DNA from: the human T2T-CHM13v2.0 reference genome, Homo sapiens
NCBI RefSeq assembly: GCF_009914755.1
Contig: NC_060942.1
DNA: 64,000 nucleotides
Strand: one strand, 5' to 3'
Below, one piece after another: positions 12,181 to 24,600 of this stretch (positions within the stretch are counted from its first letter, which is position 1; each line of letters opens with the position of its first letter). The translations under genes were made by a program, and so were the position numbers. The notes beneath the pieces were generated by a model, which saw only the letters and a program-made list of their open reading frames with translations, was not told where the DNA came from and ran no database searches.

Positions 12181-14179
12181 ATTGGAGGAGACTGAAACCA
12201 ACCAATTGAGCTCCCGGTCCCAAGCTCAAGGAGGCCTGGGCGGTAAACAAACAACTTCAGAAAAGCAAAGGGAATTAGAATTTTAAAAACCTTCCGGTGA
12301 TAATAAAATCTGGGGTATAAAATGGGTTAGGAAATTTATTTTTTCAATATATGATTTTTCCCCCTCTCCTTTGAAAATCCACATATCTATTCTGCTTCAG
12401 GTTGGGGCTCCTTTAAATGGGTTTATTAAAAAAATCATTTACTGTGGGCTTTTCAGTTCAACTTTAACTGGACCGGGTGGAAATTAAAAAAAGGATATTT
12501 TAAAAATAAATTATATAAATTACAGCCCTAATTATAAAGGAACTTTTAAAAATGTATCCAAGCATTAAAAGAAAATCTTTTTTTAAAAAAATGCCCCATT
12601 TCCCTGTTCCATTGCGGGAACATAATTTAGATACTTTTAACAAATCCTCATCCTTTGGAAGAAGCGGGCTCTCCAGGCCCATTTGCCTGTGTCTCTTTCT
12701 GAGTGCTATTATTATTTGATAACTCTGGGCTTAAATCTGCATGAGAGCCAATTATCTCTCTTTGTCATCAAGCAGGCTTGCTGTTCGGCAGTGGTTTTTA
12801 TAGTACAGTAAAAGCCTTAAGGAGCCTGGAGGAGGGGGATTTGCAGTTCAGATTACACTGCATCTTGCCTCCCTAAATGCCTTTCCTTATTCCCTTTTCT
12901 GTTTTTGCTTTTCATCCCTCCCTGGTGCAACAAGTTCTCCCCTCCTGGCTGCTCTGCAGTGTTGTCTGACCCCGAGCTTCTCCCCAGCCTGGCTACCCTC
13001 TGCCAGTGCTTTCCTTGAGGATCCCATCCTATCAAGGGTCTTTCTCCCTTCTATCTTTGGCAGGCCTAGGCTTCCTGAACACAAGTGGTAGGAACTGGCA
13101 TTTCTTGGCCCATCCTCCAGTAGAGGCCTAAAGCAATGGTCACACTCTGCTTTCTTAACTAGCGGAGGTTGCATCAAGACCGTAACGCTGGAGGGAGACA
13201 GGCCTCCCTACTCGTGGAGCTCACAGCTTGACTGGGACACTGAACAGACCCACCCGAGGGATGGTATCAAGGGTGGCGGTGGATCCAGTGCCTTAGCAGT
13301 GAACTGAAGGGTGCTGCCCTCCAGCTGGGGCATGGGGAGCTCTGGGGGTGTGGGCATGGTGTCCTGCTTCTTTTATTTCTCCACCAAGAAGAGCCAGTAA
13401 GTGCTGACTGGGAAGGACAGATGGAGCTTCGCAGAGGGGCTGGAGGACATTGGCCAGATCCTGAAAGGCTGGAGTGGGTGGAGGGCAAAGGCAGGAGACC
13501 AGGCTGGATGAGAGTACTTCATCCCGGTGAAAGCAGGACTTGCCTTCTTCATTGTAGCATCCCAGCATTTAGACTGGGCTGGGTGCATGGAGGCACTTGA
13601 TGCACTTTGGTGGAGTGAGTGAGTGAGTGAATGAATGAATGAATGTGGATGATGAGGGTCTGGTGAAGGTGTGGAGAGGCTGTAGATGGATTCAGAGGGT
13701 TTAGGGTATTAGACCTTTTCAGTCTCAGATAGCAAACTGCTTTTTTCTGGCAAAAAATATTATTTACTGGCTTCTCATCATCCTAATCATAGAGCCCAAC
13801 ATCCCTTCCTGCCCCCTGGTAGACCAGGCCTCCTCCCTGCTCCCTTCTTGGCCCTGGGGTAGGCATGTGCACACACCGTTTCCTCTGCTGGGAGGCTCCT
13901 CCTCCCGTCCACCTGGACCACCCATCCCACCACTGTTAAGCATCGCTTCCTCCTGGAATTCCTTCTTGACTCCAAAATTCAAGTCAGGGGCCCTGCTAGC
14001 TCTAGTCCTCACTAACTCTGCTGTCCCCATGCCAACACTAGCCTGGCTCCTGGCCAGCAAAGGGAGCTTGGGGAAGACAGAGCCCTCGCCCCGGCCACAG
14101 ACTGACCGTTATCTCCATTTGGGTCTTTCACACAAAATATAAATTATGCCTAATAGTAGCTAGAATTAACTACCAGGAC

Positions 14180-14350
14180 CAGGAATTAACTACTGTGGAC
14201 CAGGCACTGTGGTCAGCATTTTATATAATTTATGGCATTATTCCTCAAGCTGAGATGTGGAGACCATGAATGACTTATTCAAGGCTGAACACATATGTGT
14301 GGCAGAAAGCCAATTCAGAACCCAGGCAGGTCTGGCTCCAAGGCTTTAGC
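14180..14350 (-). mobile_element. MIR
   Basis: CCAGGCACTGTG..TGACTTATTCAAGG..ATTCAGAACCCAGGCAGGTCTGGCTCCA. Confidence 0.55.
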
Positions 14351-16412
14351 TATTTCCCTTGTGTAGCTGGCTCTGAGGGCCTTGGGCTTGGAGAGGGTGG
14401 CTCACCCCCACAGCTGGCATGGGGCGCTGGCTCCCAACAACTGCGCTCCTTAGCTGTGTAGCTCAGCTCTGGGGGCACGTGGCTGGGATCTCCTCCCCAT
14501 TTTAATACTTGACACAATTTCCCTCCCCAAAAAGCTGCATTAGGACAATAACATGGCCTGTGTTCTCTCTCTCTGCAGACTGGGAAGCCCTGAGAGGCTG
14601 CGGGACCGTGCCTTCAACTCTGGGTATCACACAGCCCTCACATATGTGCACATGCACATGCATGCCCCATCCAAGCACAGGGATGGGTGAGGCAACTGGC
14701 TCTGCAGGCTTCTGCCTTCTACTTAGCACTGAGAGAGCCAGGAATGCTGTGGGGTCAGTTGCTCCCTCCCCATGCCCTGCTTGGAAGACAGGGCTGGCTG
14801 AGTGTCCCGTCCCCTCTCCCCACTCAGAGAATGTCCAGAGCTAAGTCTGAGCAAAGGGCCAGCTTTTGCTTTTGGGGCTGGGGTACAGGCAGATTCCTGT
14901 TGGAGAGCATTTATTTTACTTTTCAAGTGTGGGCTTTCTGGAAGGTAATGGGAAACTGCAAGGTGTCTTGCAAGCAGGTGTTTGGCTTATGGTGATGTGG
15001 TTCCCAGGGTGGCTTTTGGGCAGGGGCAGGGCGGGGTCCTCCAGGAGCTGTCTGTCGGTGCTGAGCTCAGTCTGCTTCCCTACCACTCAGCCCACTGCTT
15101 GGATGGTTCCCTCTGTCACTCTCATCTTACACTGTCCAGGTTTTAGCACTGAAAGTCATATGTGTGGGAAGCCTCTCAGTCCCAGGCCAACCAGAACAGT
15201 TGGTCGCCCCGTGTCTAACATACCTGTCTAACTGTCTCCAGGGCATGGCTCATCAGCGTGGCTGTGGCACCCTCTCCCTGCCTTCTCTTGTCTCCTTCAC
15301 TGTCAAGTCTGGGAAAGGGCTCCTGGTGGGTGTCCGATGAGGCACAGCTGGGTGACAAAGATGGCTCCAGCTCTGGTTGGGGCGTGCACCTCATGGTGAC
15401 ACCTCCCTCTGTGGGACCTCCGAGGGTCAAGGAAGGAGGCACCTTCCATCCTAGGTTTAGGATTCATTGCACTTACACAGGATTCCCCGTGGCAGATCAC
15501 CTGTGTTCCAGAGGCTGTGTAGTTCAGGGTGTGTGTGAGGCAGTTGCATGGTAGGGGGGCACCTATAACTGGGGGTAAGTCTGTAATGGTGCAATAGATG
15601 ATGTTAGAACAGTGGGGGTCCCCCTCCCTCTCAGGCCTCAAAAGCACAACCACCAGAGCTGGTGGGTGGCACTGGGCCATGGGGAGACCTGACCAGCAAG
15701 GCTCCCTCTTTCCTCTGTCCAGGCCACCCAGCCTGAGATACAGTGCTGGTCACTCTAGGGAATGCTGTGGCCCCCAGGGGACACCCCTTGGGTGGCTCCT
15801 CCCTGGCTTCTCACTGCTGGCTGGCAGGCAGGCTGGTGGGCGGGCAAGCGTAATATTACCCCTAAGATAAATGAAGAAGAGTTTCAGCCCTTATTGGATT
15901 ATAGTTTTTATTGAACTTTATAAATTCCAATTAGCAGACCCCTGGGCAATAAGCGACACACAGCCCGTGGCTCGCTTTATAGCGTGATTATGACCCTGTT
16001 TATCCTCCCCTGAACGAGAAGTATTAATGGAGGAAACAAAGGAAAGGGACTCAAAAATACATAAAAACAGATATTGGTGACACAGAGATAAACAGACAGG
16101 AGTCAGGGAGAGAAAACAATCTCCGGGCAGGCAAGGGGGAACAGAGAATCAGAGATTCTAAGAACCCATGTGCTCAGAGCCACCGTGAGCTTGGATGTCC
16201 TTCTGGCCTCCCTCCCAGGGCACAAAGCCCCCTAGGCTCCTGAAGGCTGCTGGGGCCTGAAGAGCACCCTCCCATCCCCAAGCCCTACCTCAGGCAATCT
16301 TGCTGGGGTTGGAGTGTGATTTACTAAGTGCAGAGTCCAGCGTGCCCCACACTGGGCAGTCTGCTACCTCCTGAGGCCCTCAGCTCTACAGCTGAGCAGC
16401 TCCAGGGATGGC

Positions 16413-16645
16413 CCAGTGTGGTTCCTTACAGTTTTAGGTGTCTTCTTTGCCCTTTAAGAATCTGATGGACATTAACATGCATTGATTCTAGAAAAATGTC
16501 TCCATACATGCACATGCATTATGTACACATGCACGCACAAGTAATTTTGCCTATAGGTACAGGGGGTTGTCCAAGCTCTGAAAACTGATCATGCATTCTG
16601 CCCCCTCCTCCAGGGGACTGAAAGCATAAGATTAAGAATCCTTGA
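16413..16645. mobile_element. Diverged hAT-Charlie-type (MER) DNA transposon fossil, family uncertain
   Basis: CCCTTTAAGAATCTGATG..AGAAAAATG..AATTTTGCCTATA..AGGGGGTT..TTAAGAATCCTTG, with TIR-like ends. Confidence 0.5.
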
Positions 16646-19629
16646 GTTTGAATTGAACCAAGTAAGATCTGTCTCCCAGGAGCTTCCACCTGGAGGTCCT
16701 GAGAGCCCACAGACAGATGGGCAGCCTCCAAGGGCCTGGCCACAGCTGGGAATGCCCTCCAACCCCACCTGCTTTTCATTTCTTCCTGGATACTCTGGTT
16801 TGCGTTCATCAGCTTTAAATTTCTAACAGCCATGACCCAGAACAGCAGCTGGGAAGAAGCTGTCCCTAGAGAGGTGTGGGGGTGAGCTGGGGGGTCCTGA
16901 GCCAGCCAGGTGGGTGGTGGTACTGCTCTTCTGGACTGAAACCCTTGCCCGACTTGCTGCATCTCCCAGGAGAAAGAAGTGTGCTCAAGGATGGCGTGCC
17001 CTCCTCACTTTGTCTGGCTTTGTTTGCGCCTTCCTCCCCCTTCTGCAGGTCATCTTTCTTGGAGGCTTCAGTGGAAGATTAAAAAAGAAAAAAAAATTCC
17101 TCCTATCAGCATTTTGCCGTTGTTTGGAAGCACTAACACAGAAGTACCCGAGGAGGCTTTTGTAGTTTGAACAGGATGAAAAATGCTTCAGGTGTTCGTC
17201 AGTCTGCAGCAGTATGTAAATAAGATGCCGAGATCTGTGGGCAGCGAGGAGTATGTCTGGCTGGCTGGGCCCATTAGGAGAGTCACTGAGGAGCCCCTGC
17301 CACAAGCGTCCCCCCTCAGTGGCCTGGGCCTTGGCTCGCATATGCTCTGCACCTCTGTGATTTATGGAGCTTGCTGGGCACTGTCTTACTTCAGATAAGC
17401 AGTGTGGATGTACATAAACTCCAGTGGTCATGAACTGCTCCAGCCAGGACTTTCCTGATTCCTGTCCTCTGGGAGGCAGTGAGGCAGGGGGCCTGAGCCA
17501 GGAAAAGGGACTGGAATGACAGAGGCAGATTCCTGAACTGGCAGACTGGTGGGAGACAAGGGGTTCCTTGTTAAGACCTGGGAAAACGGGAGGGAGAAGG
17601 TAGCTGTTGTCACTTAGGCACCAGGACGTCACCACCCTCTCCTTGGGGGAGACTGGGGCTTCCTGAGAGCTTGCATTACCCAAGCAAGGCGGGGAGGCCT
17701 AGAGATGAGGGAGGCCATCCCATGCTACCAGGGCTGCATTCTCTCACCCCAAGCTCGGGGCCCCTAAATTGGCTGAGCCTGACTCCTGAAGAATAGGCTG
17801 CTCCTTCCCCTGGCCCCAGCTCTGGGGAACAGTGTCTCCTCTCTGTTCATGTGCTGGGCCCTGGGCCTGGCCAGGGGAGCAGGGGTCCAGGCCAGAGGCA
17901 TAGAAACCAGGCCAGAGTGCTGTGTGCACTTGGCACTTTCCAGAGAGCGGTCCCAGGAAGGCGTGAGTTAAATAGGGCATGTCTTCTCCTCCCCATTTCA
18001 TGAATGTAGAAATGAAGGCCCAGAGAGGCACTGTTTGACCAAGCTTTGCACTATAGCTGCTCCATTCAAAGAGCAGGTTTTGGAGCTGTATCTCTGGGTT
18101 ACTGCTTGACTCAGCTGGCAGAGGGTAACAGGCTTCGGGTTGCTCTCTGGAAAAAAGGTGTTTTTCCTGATTGTGGGAGGGTGGGTAGGGGGATAACAGG
18201 GCCTGAGAGCAGAGCCGGGAGCCTAGAAGCCACTGGTGCTGTCTGTCTAGCTGGCTGGTTCCCGTAATCAAAAAGCCCACTTTGAAAGCCCCTGAGGCCT
18301 ATGAAGGCTTGGGCAGAGCACTCAGATCCCAAGACATTTAGGGGATTATCCCTTCTTACCCAGAGGGGACAGTCTTATGATGTCATATATTTCTGGGCTG
18401 TCCTTCTGTTCCTAGCACACTGCTATGCTCACAGTAGGTGTTCAGTCCATGATTTCAGTAGAGTGTCAATGCCAGGGCTTCAGGCTTTGGAATGCAGATT
18501 GATGGACAGTGGGGACTTTGGGGTTTTCCTGGCACTTCTGCAATCATCAGGAAAGCCCCTCTTCACATTGCCATGACCCTCCAGACCCCTTGGCATGGGG
18601 AGGGGTCCCTCAGGATCCTTTCAAACAGATGAAGAAGCAATCTGCCCAGACAGCCTAGGGGATGGGATGTGGGAGAGGGGAGGGTATCGGGGGTTGGGGG
18701 ACAGACATATATCAGGGGGCTCTGGAGCCTCCTTCAACCACACCTGCCACCAACTAGCCAAGTGACTGTGGCCCTATCACTCTCTCTCTGGGCCTTCGTT
18801 TCCTCACAGCAAAGTGGAAGAGTTGGCACTGCTGATCTCTGAGGTCCGTGCCAAGTCTAAGATCGGCAGATTCCCTTCTCTGATGTTTCAGGCACGAACA
18901 CAAATTAGCACGTATGGAGAACTGTGGCAAGTAATAATGGTCCCCCAGCCCTCCACCCCAAGTCCCCACACTCTCTATTCTCTCCTCATGCCCCCTGCAA
19001 TAGATCATACAGGATGGATTACATTAATTTTCTATAAACTATATCAACTTGAGTGACATGTCCTTAAGGGTTGGCTGATTGATATCTACAATGCGGTCTT
19101 ATAATCTAAAATCATATTAATATTAATATTAAAGATTTTCTGTCCTCTACGTGCACCATTAAATCTGGAGTATAAGGTGAAATTGACAACATACATTTTG
19201 ACAGCTTATCTATAATAAATATGCAAATCTTGATGCCCACATGTCATCACAGATGCACCACGGCCCTCTGAAGATCAGAGCGTGCCTGTCTCCCACGTGA
19301 CATTTTCAGCAGAGGATCAGAGCAACCGTCTGGGCTGCAGGAGCAGCACTAGGCGAGCCTTTTGCAGCGGTGACCCTGGCCTCTCCCGTCTGCCTGTGAA
19401 AGCCTGTCCTTCATCCTGCCATGCAGGCAGGAAGGCTTGAGGAGTGACAGTCACAGAGAGCAGGGGACACCATCTCATGCATCTTCTGAGTAGGCACAGA
19501 AAAATCCAGCTTCCGTCTTTATTTCTCTTAAGTCTCAAAGGAACTTTTGCTGTCTGCTCCACCTCCACCGTGCCGGGTTATAGCGGGTTACCGTCACTCA
19601 GCACCCGGTGAGTTTAAGAGTGGAGAATG

Positions 19630-19800
19630 CCTGCTAACCTCTGCTCATAACCTTCCATAGCCTCAGTTTCTGCATCTGTCTAAGAGGAGAGGAGAAATGG
19701 TGCCTTTCTTCTGGTGGACATGCGAAGGTTGAATGAGATAACAGAAGCCAGATGCCCAGCACACACAGTAATGCCTCAGTAAAGGACAGCTCTTAAATTA
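19630..19800 (+). mobile_element. MIR
   Basis: GCCTCAGTTTCTGCATCTGT..TTGAATGAGATAA..GCCCAGCAC..CTCAGTAAA. Confidence 0.55.
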
Positions 19801-22049
19801 TTTTCTAAATGAGTCCCACCTCCTCCTGACTGGTGCAACACGCAATGCTCCTTCCTGTCCCTCTCTCCCTATCTTATCATACAGAATCTAAGAGTTAGCA
19901 TAGTGACCATGGTGAATTCTTCTCTGCCTCTGACCAGTGCCAGATGTGAGCTCCAGATGACAGGGACCATGCATCTCCCTGCGGCCCGGCCCCCAGCCCA
20001 GGACCCAGCTGGAGCTGAGATGGAAGAGGGACTGAAATTAGGACTAAGGAACTGTCTCTAAGGGGAAAATGTTGTCAACTCTCCATTGAGACCCTGCCAG
20101 GTCTGACTGGATAGCTCTGTGTGTGTGAGCGCGCACACACACACACACACGTGTGCATGTCAGATGGGGGCAATGAACTGAGCCTGTGAAATGCAATATC
20201 CTTGTCACATTAATAGACACGTTGAGAGGAGAGCTGAGGAAACAATGAGGGGAATTTTCCATGGGTGCAGGGTTGTTTGTTTGAGACGAGCTTCAGTGGT
20301 CCCATCACCCCTTCACACCTCCTAACAGGGCAGCAGAGCCCGCTGGAGGCCCTGGGCCACAGCTCTTCTCCCTGGCTTCCTTCTCTCTTCTCTGAGCCCA
20401 CCCTGTGGGGCGGCACCAAATCTCCCAGGCTTCCGCATCTGTTTGGCCTGCCTCAAGAGAGTTGGGCATTGCATTGTCTCCTTCCCTACCCATCCACCCT
20501 CTCCCATGAAACCATCCCTCATTAGTCCCCTGACTCGGAGTGCTTCTGTCTCTGAACTCTGCAGCATTTCCAGTGTGGAGAGCCACGGGGCCATATTCTT
20601 TGTCATGCCTCCTTGCATTGTTCTGTGATCATTTCGCAGTGGAGACGTTCGTTGCCCACAACCAGATTCACAAGGGGGGCGGGTAGGCATGGCTATGCTC
20701 CCCCTTTCTGTTTCCCTGAGGGGCTTACCACCTGGCTGGGCACCCGGCTGGGCACACATTCACGTGGGCTTGGTTGGGACCCTCCAATAGTCTATATCTG
20801 ATGAGGAACAGACAGCGGGACCACATGGATCCAGAAGTCTTCAGAGGCTCGTTTGTTGGGCATTTCTTGCAAAGTGACAGTTGACATGGATCCATTCTCA
20901 TGCTCCCCCAGGTCTCTCTTGGGGCCAGGAGGCCCCAGATGTTCTTTTGGGATATCAGGAAATTCCTTCACATCTCTTACCACCCCTCCAGGGGTAGACA
21001 TGCCCAAGGAAGAAGTTCCATCTTTCAGCACCTGGTACCTGCCATGTGTCCCTAACCCTGGGACCCTGAGCCACATGCCTGTAATCCTGACCAAGGGTAA
21101 GGAGTTTGGTGACCCCGGCTGGGGAGACAGGCTTGCTGGGGGAGTATCACTGCTGGGAGAACAGGCGGCAAAACTCGGGCCCATGCTTGCCTCTGGGAAA
21201 TTCAGGCCCATCATAGGATGCCCATCAGCAAATCCTGCAGCTCAGGCTGCGAGTGGAATGGGTCTTGGGGAGGGCTTGAGACCTCATGGCCTGCTAAGAG
21301 GAGCCCCACTTACGGAGCTTTCTAGGCTTCCCAGCCCTTTATCTCACAAATTCTCATGCCACCAGTCCCTTCTGGTCCTTCCTTTCCGTGAAACTTGAGT
21401 CTCTACACTGTCTTTAATAAACAGCTGCTGATCTATCAGTTTACAGTTAATCAGTCAACAGAGGTGAAGGTGGGAGGAGGGTGGTGGAGAAATGAGCGTG
21501 TGGCTTCTTGCAACTCAGGCTCACTGAGCCCCCAAAACGCCTGCCCTTTGCATGTCACTACCACTCATTTGTCCATGCTTTCTGCCTCCCAGCAGATGGT
21601 TCTGTGTATGAGCCTCATGGGGTGCCTGGGTGCCGTGGATATCCCAGAGAGACACTGTGCTCCGCACCCATGGAGCCTCCAAGGAGGTTAGATGAGATAA
21701 TATTTGACTGTCACCAGGCACAGTGCCTGGCATACAGCGAGACCTCCATAAATGTTAGTTCTTCTCCCCGCCTTGAATGAGTCATATCTGGTTGGAGAGA
21801 AAAGGCCACTTAAATAAAATAGGACCAGATATCCACCTCGGGGAGGGAAGGCAGGGAAGCCAGTCAGGCTGTAAAGAGGCCTGTGATGTTGGTGCTGGCG
21901 GGTGGGTGGTAGGATGAGGGTGACAAGGTGGAAGAAGGAAAATGGCCGATTTCAGATGGCTTCGAATGCCAACCCGAGGAATAAGGAGTCCAGGGTCTTT
22001 TAAAATCCCTGTCTCTGTTTGCCTCCTCCTCTCTCCCACAATTAACTCC

Positions 22050-22720
22050 AGGCTGTCTTGATGGCCCCGCGGTGACGAATGTTCTCCCCTGTTCCCACCT
22101 CCCCGCTTTTTTTATTTGTGTTGACTTGACGCGCCCTAATCCCTGACTCAGCTCCCACTTCTTGTTAAACCAAAGGTAAATTTTCGGCCGGCGGGGCAGC
22201 CCCGGAGCGGGAAGATCCACACCGCGGAGCAGCCGTAGGAAATATTGATATTAGCCGACCTCTGGCGCCGTCCGCCCGCGGTGAAAATAAGACGCGGGGC
22301 CAATCAATTACCGAGCCATTAAGGGCGGGAACGCGGAGGGAGCGGCCCACAGCCCCTGCTCCCCAGCCGAACATCCCCCGAGCCGCAGGCCGCTGGGGTG
22401 CGCAGCTGCGCTCTACGCCCTCCGCGCCCCGGCCGCGGCTCCGGGCAGCGACCGCAGCGCCCAGCAGGAGAATGGGGCACAGCCGGGCTGGGCTGGGGCG
22501 CGGGGGTCGCGGCGGCTGCGCCCCAGTCCCGAGCTCGGTTTCCCGCTTCGCTCTTTGAGCCCCGCTTCCTCTCCCTGAAGCGTCTCGCCCTCGGCCCTCC
22601 CTTTCTTCTCTCTCCGCCTGCCCTCCTCCCTTCTCCTTTGTTAACCACCTCTCTTTCCTAGGGGCCTCTTGCTTGGCCGGCCGACCACCCTTCTGGTATC
22701 CCTTTTTGTGCCTCCCCCTT
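22050..22720. promoter_or_regulatory. Intragenic CpG island (candidate enhancer or alternative promoter)
   Basis: Dense CpG/GC over ~650 bp in an otherwise CpG-depleted intron; CCAAT at 22300-22304 and GC box at ~22323-22328. Confidence 0.8.
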
Positions 22721-23469
22721 TCTTCCCTTCCTCTTAAGCTGGCCACAGGGTGGCTCCGGTTCCCTATCCCCTGGACGCCCTCTGAGGATGGCACTGCGCT
22801 GGCCCGGCTGGAGGGACGGTGGCCTGTCGCTCTCTTCAGAGGCCCTGCCCTTTCACACCTGTCTTCACCAGCAGGAACCAACAAGAGGCCCTTCTTATTT
22901 GGGGTTAATGACTTCTGGGAATCCTTTCCATCTTTAATGTGTTGCCTTCTAACTCCAGACAATAGCCCCGTGTTAGAAGAGGCATGGCCACGCCTAGACT
23001 GGGAGCCAGCGGTGCTCCTGGCGCCCTTCGGGGTGGCCTTCTGGGTTGTGGGGAGGGGAGTGGAAGCTGCCCGGCATGTCTGCATAGGTTTGGGTTCTGT
23101 GTCTGTGGCTAGGTTTGCGCTGTAGGGTGTAGGGCAAGCAGGTTGTGAACTTGAGCAAATATTTTCACATTTCTCGGGGACAATCTTCTGCTTTCTAGAG
23201 CTGACCTTTCTTAGGGGAGGGAGGGGTGGGGAGGGGCGGGAAGGAAAAGACTGTTAGGGTTCCTTGGTGACTGGCTGATGGGTCTACAGTATTTCCTCAA
23301 ACTTCCATGACAAGAGAATGGGATTCATGAACATTTACATTGATCAGACATTATGCTGAAGGGAGGAAATGGTACTTTCTCCCTTTAAAGAAGGATCCTG
23401 CATTTTACAAAATCGAAAATAATTATTAAAAACCCCTTTCACAAGATCCCTTGTTCACAGTCTCATAGA

Positions 23470-23666
23470 GGAATGATTCTCAAAAGTGTGGCCGCGACCT
23501 GTAGGAGGACTCTGTGGGCATCACCTAGGCATCTATTAGAAATGCAAATTCTTAAACATTCCTTACCTCCCTTCGGAATCAGAAACTCTGGGGTGGGGTT
23601 CAGCCAACTGTGTTTAACGAGAACTTCAGGGCATTCTGAGGCACACTGAAGTTTGAGCACCACTGA
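23470..23666. mobile_element. MER5A-like hAT-Charlie DNA transposon fossil
   Basis: TGATTCTCAAA..GCATCACCTAGG..TTAGAAATGCAAATTCT..GAATCAGAAACTCTGGGGTGGGG..AGTTTGAGCACCACTG with degenerate terminal inverted repeats. Confidence 0.85.
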
Positions 23667-23934
23667 CCTCAATTATCCCTGCAGTTCAGGAAGGTAGGTG
23701 GGGTGGAAATTATTGTATCTTTTTACCTCTGGAGGAACAGCAGCAAAGAAATGTCACATGGCCAGATGGTAGCAGGGCCAAGGCTGGGACGATTTCCTGG
23801 TCTCAGTGTGAGGCATCCCATAAGGGTGTTAGAGGATGCATTTTCTTTCAACCCACAAGCAACCCTTAAAGGAGACAAAAATTGTGTTTGGAGAGGTGAC
23901 CTGCATTTGCGTGGCTGTGAGTAAGCATGTCAAT

Positions 23935-24050
23935 GCAAACTGCTATGAACTTATTTAGTACTTCTTTTGCTGCATCCCATAAGGTTTGGTATGTTGTGTT
24001 TTCATTTTCATTTGTCTCAAGGTATTTTCTGATTTCCCTAGTGACTTCCT
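23935..24050 (-). mobile_element. Short LINE-1 ORF2-region fragment
   Basis: TTTGCTGCATCCCATAAGGTTTGGTATGTTGTGTTTTCATTTTCATTTGTCTCAAG is typical antisense L1. Confidence 0.75.
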
Positions 24051-24409
24051 CTTCTTCCCCTTCTTTCCTAGTGACTTCCTATTTCTGTCCTATAGGGGCC
24101 AGAAAGGTATTAGATTTTCAAGTTTCCCCTAGTGAGTACTACTCAGCGCTTGGGAGGTGGGTGACCTGGGGTAGAGCCACCTGTGTCAAAGTAGGATAAT
24201 GCTATAAGAATGATGTTTTAATGGAACCGTTGAAGGCAGCTTGCTGCAGAGAAGCTCCTGTCATACCACAACCTGCCTCAGGATCATGTTAGGTTTAAAA
24301 TGCAAACTCTGGACGTCCTTCTTGACAAAGGTATTCCAAAGGGCAGGAAGAAAGGGGTCCCTGCACTTTCTGGGAACTTCTGGGAACTTCTTGGGAGAAG
24401 CTTTGGTGT

Positions 24410-24600
24410 CAACTGGGCCTAGTTTGAATCCCAACTCTGCCCTTCGTGGGCTGTGGGACCTTGGGTAAGTCACGTAACCTGTCCATTATGAAAACCTCGA
24501 TTTGCAAGGTATGGTCACCACACCGATTCTCTGAGAGCTCTGAAACAAGCCACCTGACATGTCCGGGCCTCAGTTGCCTTATCTATAAAATGGGCAGTAG
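24410..24600 (+). mobile_element. MIR fragments
   Basis: GTTTGAATCCCAACTCTGCC..GCTGTGGGACCTTGGGTAAGTCAC; GGGCCTCAGTTGCCTTATCTATAAAATGGG. Confidence 0.65.

Noticed and set aside
21024-21043. RE1 left half-site TTCAGCACC
   Set aside because: No GGACAG right half nearby.
22165-23125. 306-aa and overlapping ORFs at the intragenic CpG island
   Set aside because: GC-rich sequence lacks stop codons; no recognisable domain and R/G/A/P-biased composition.
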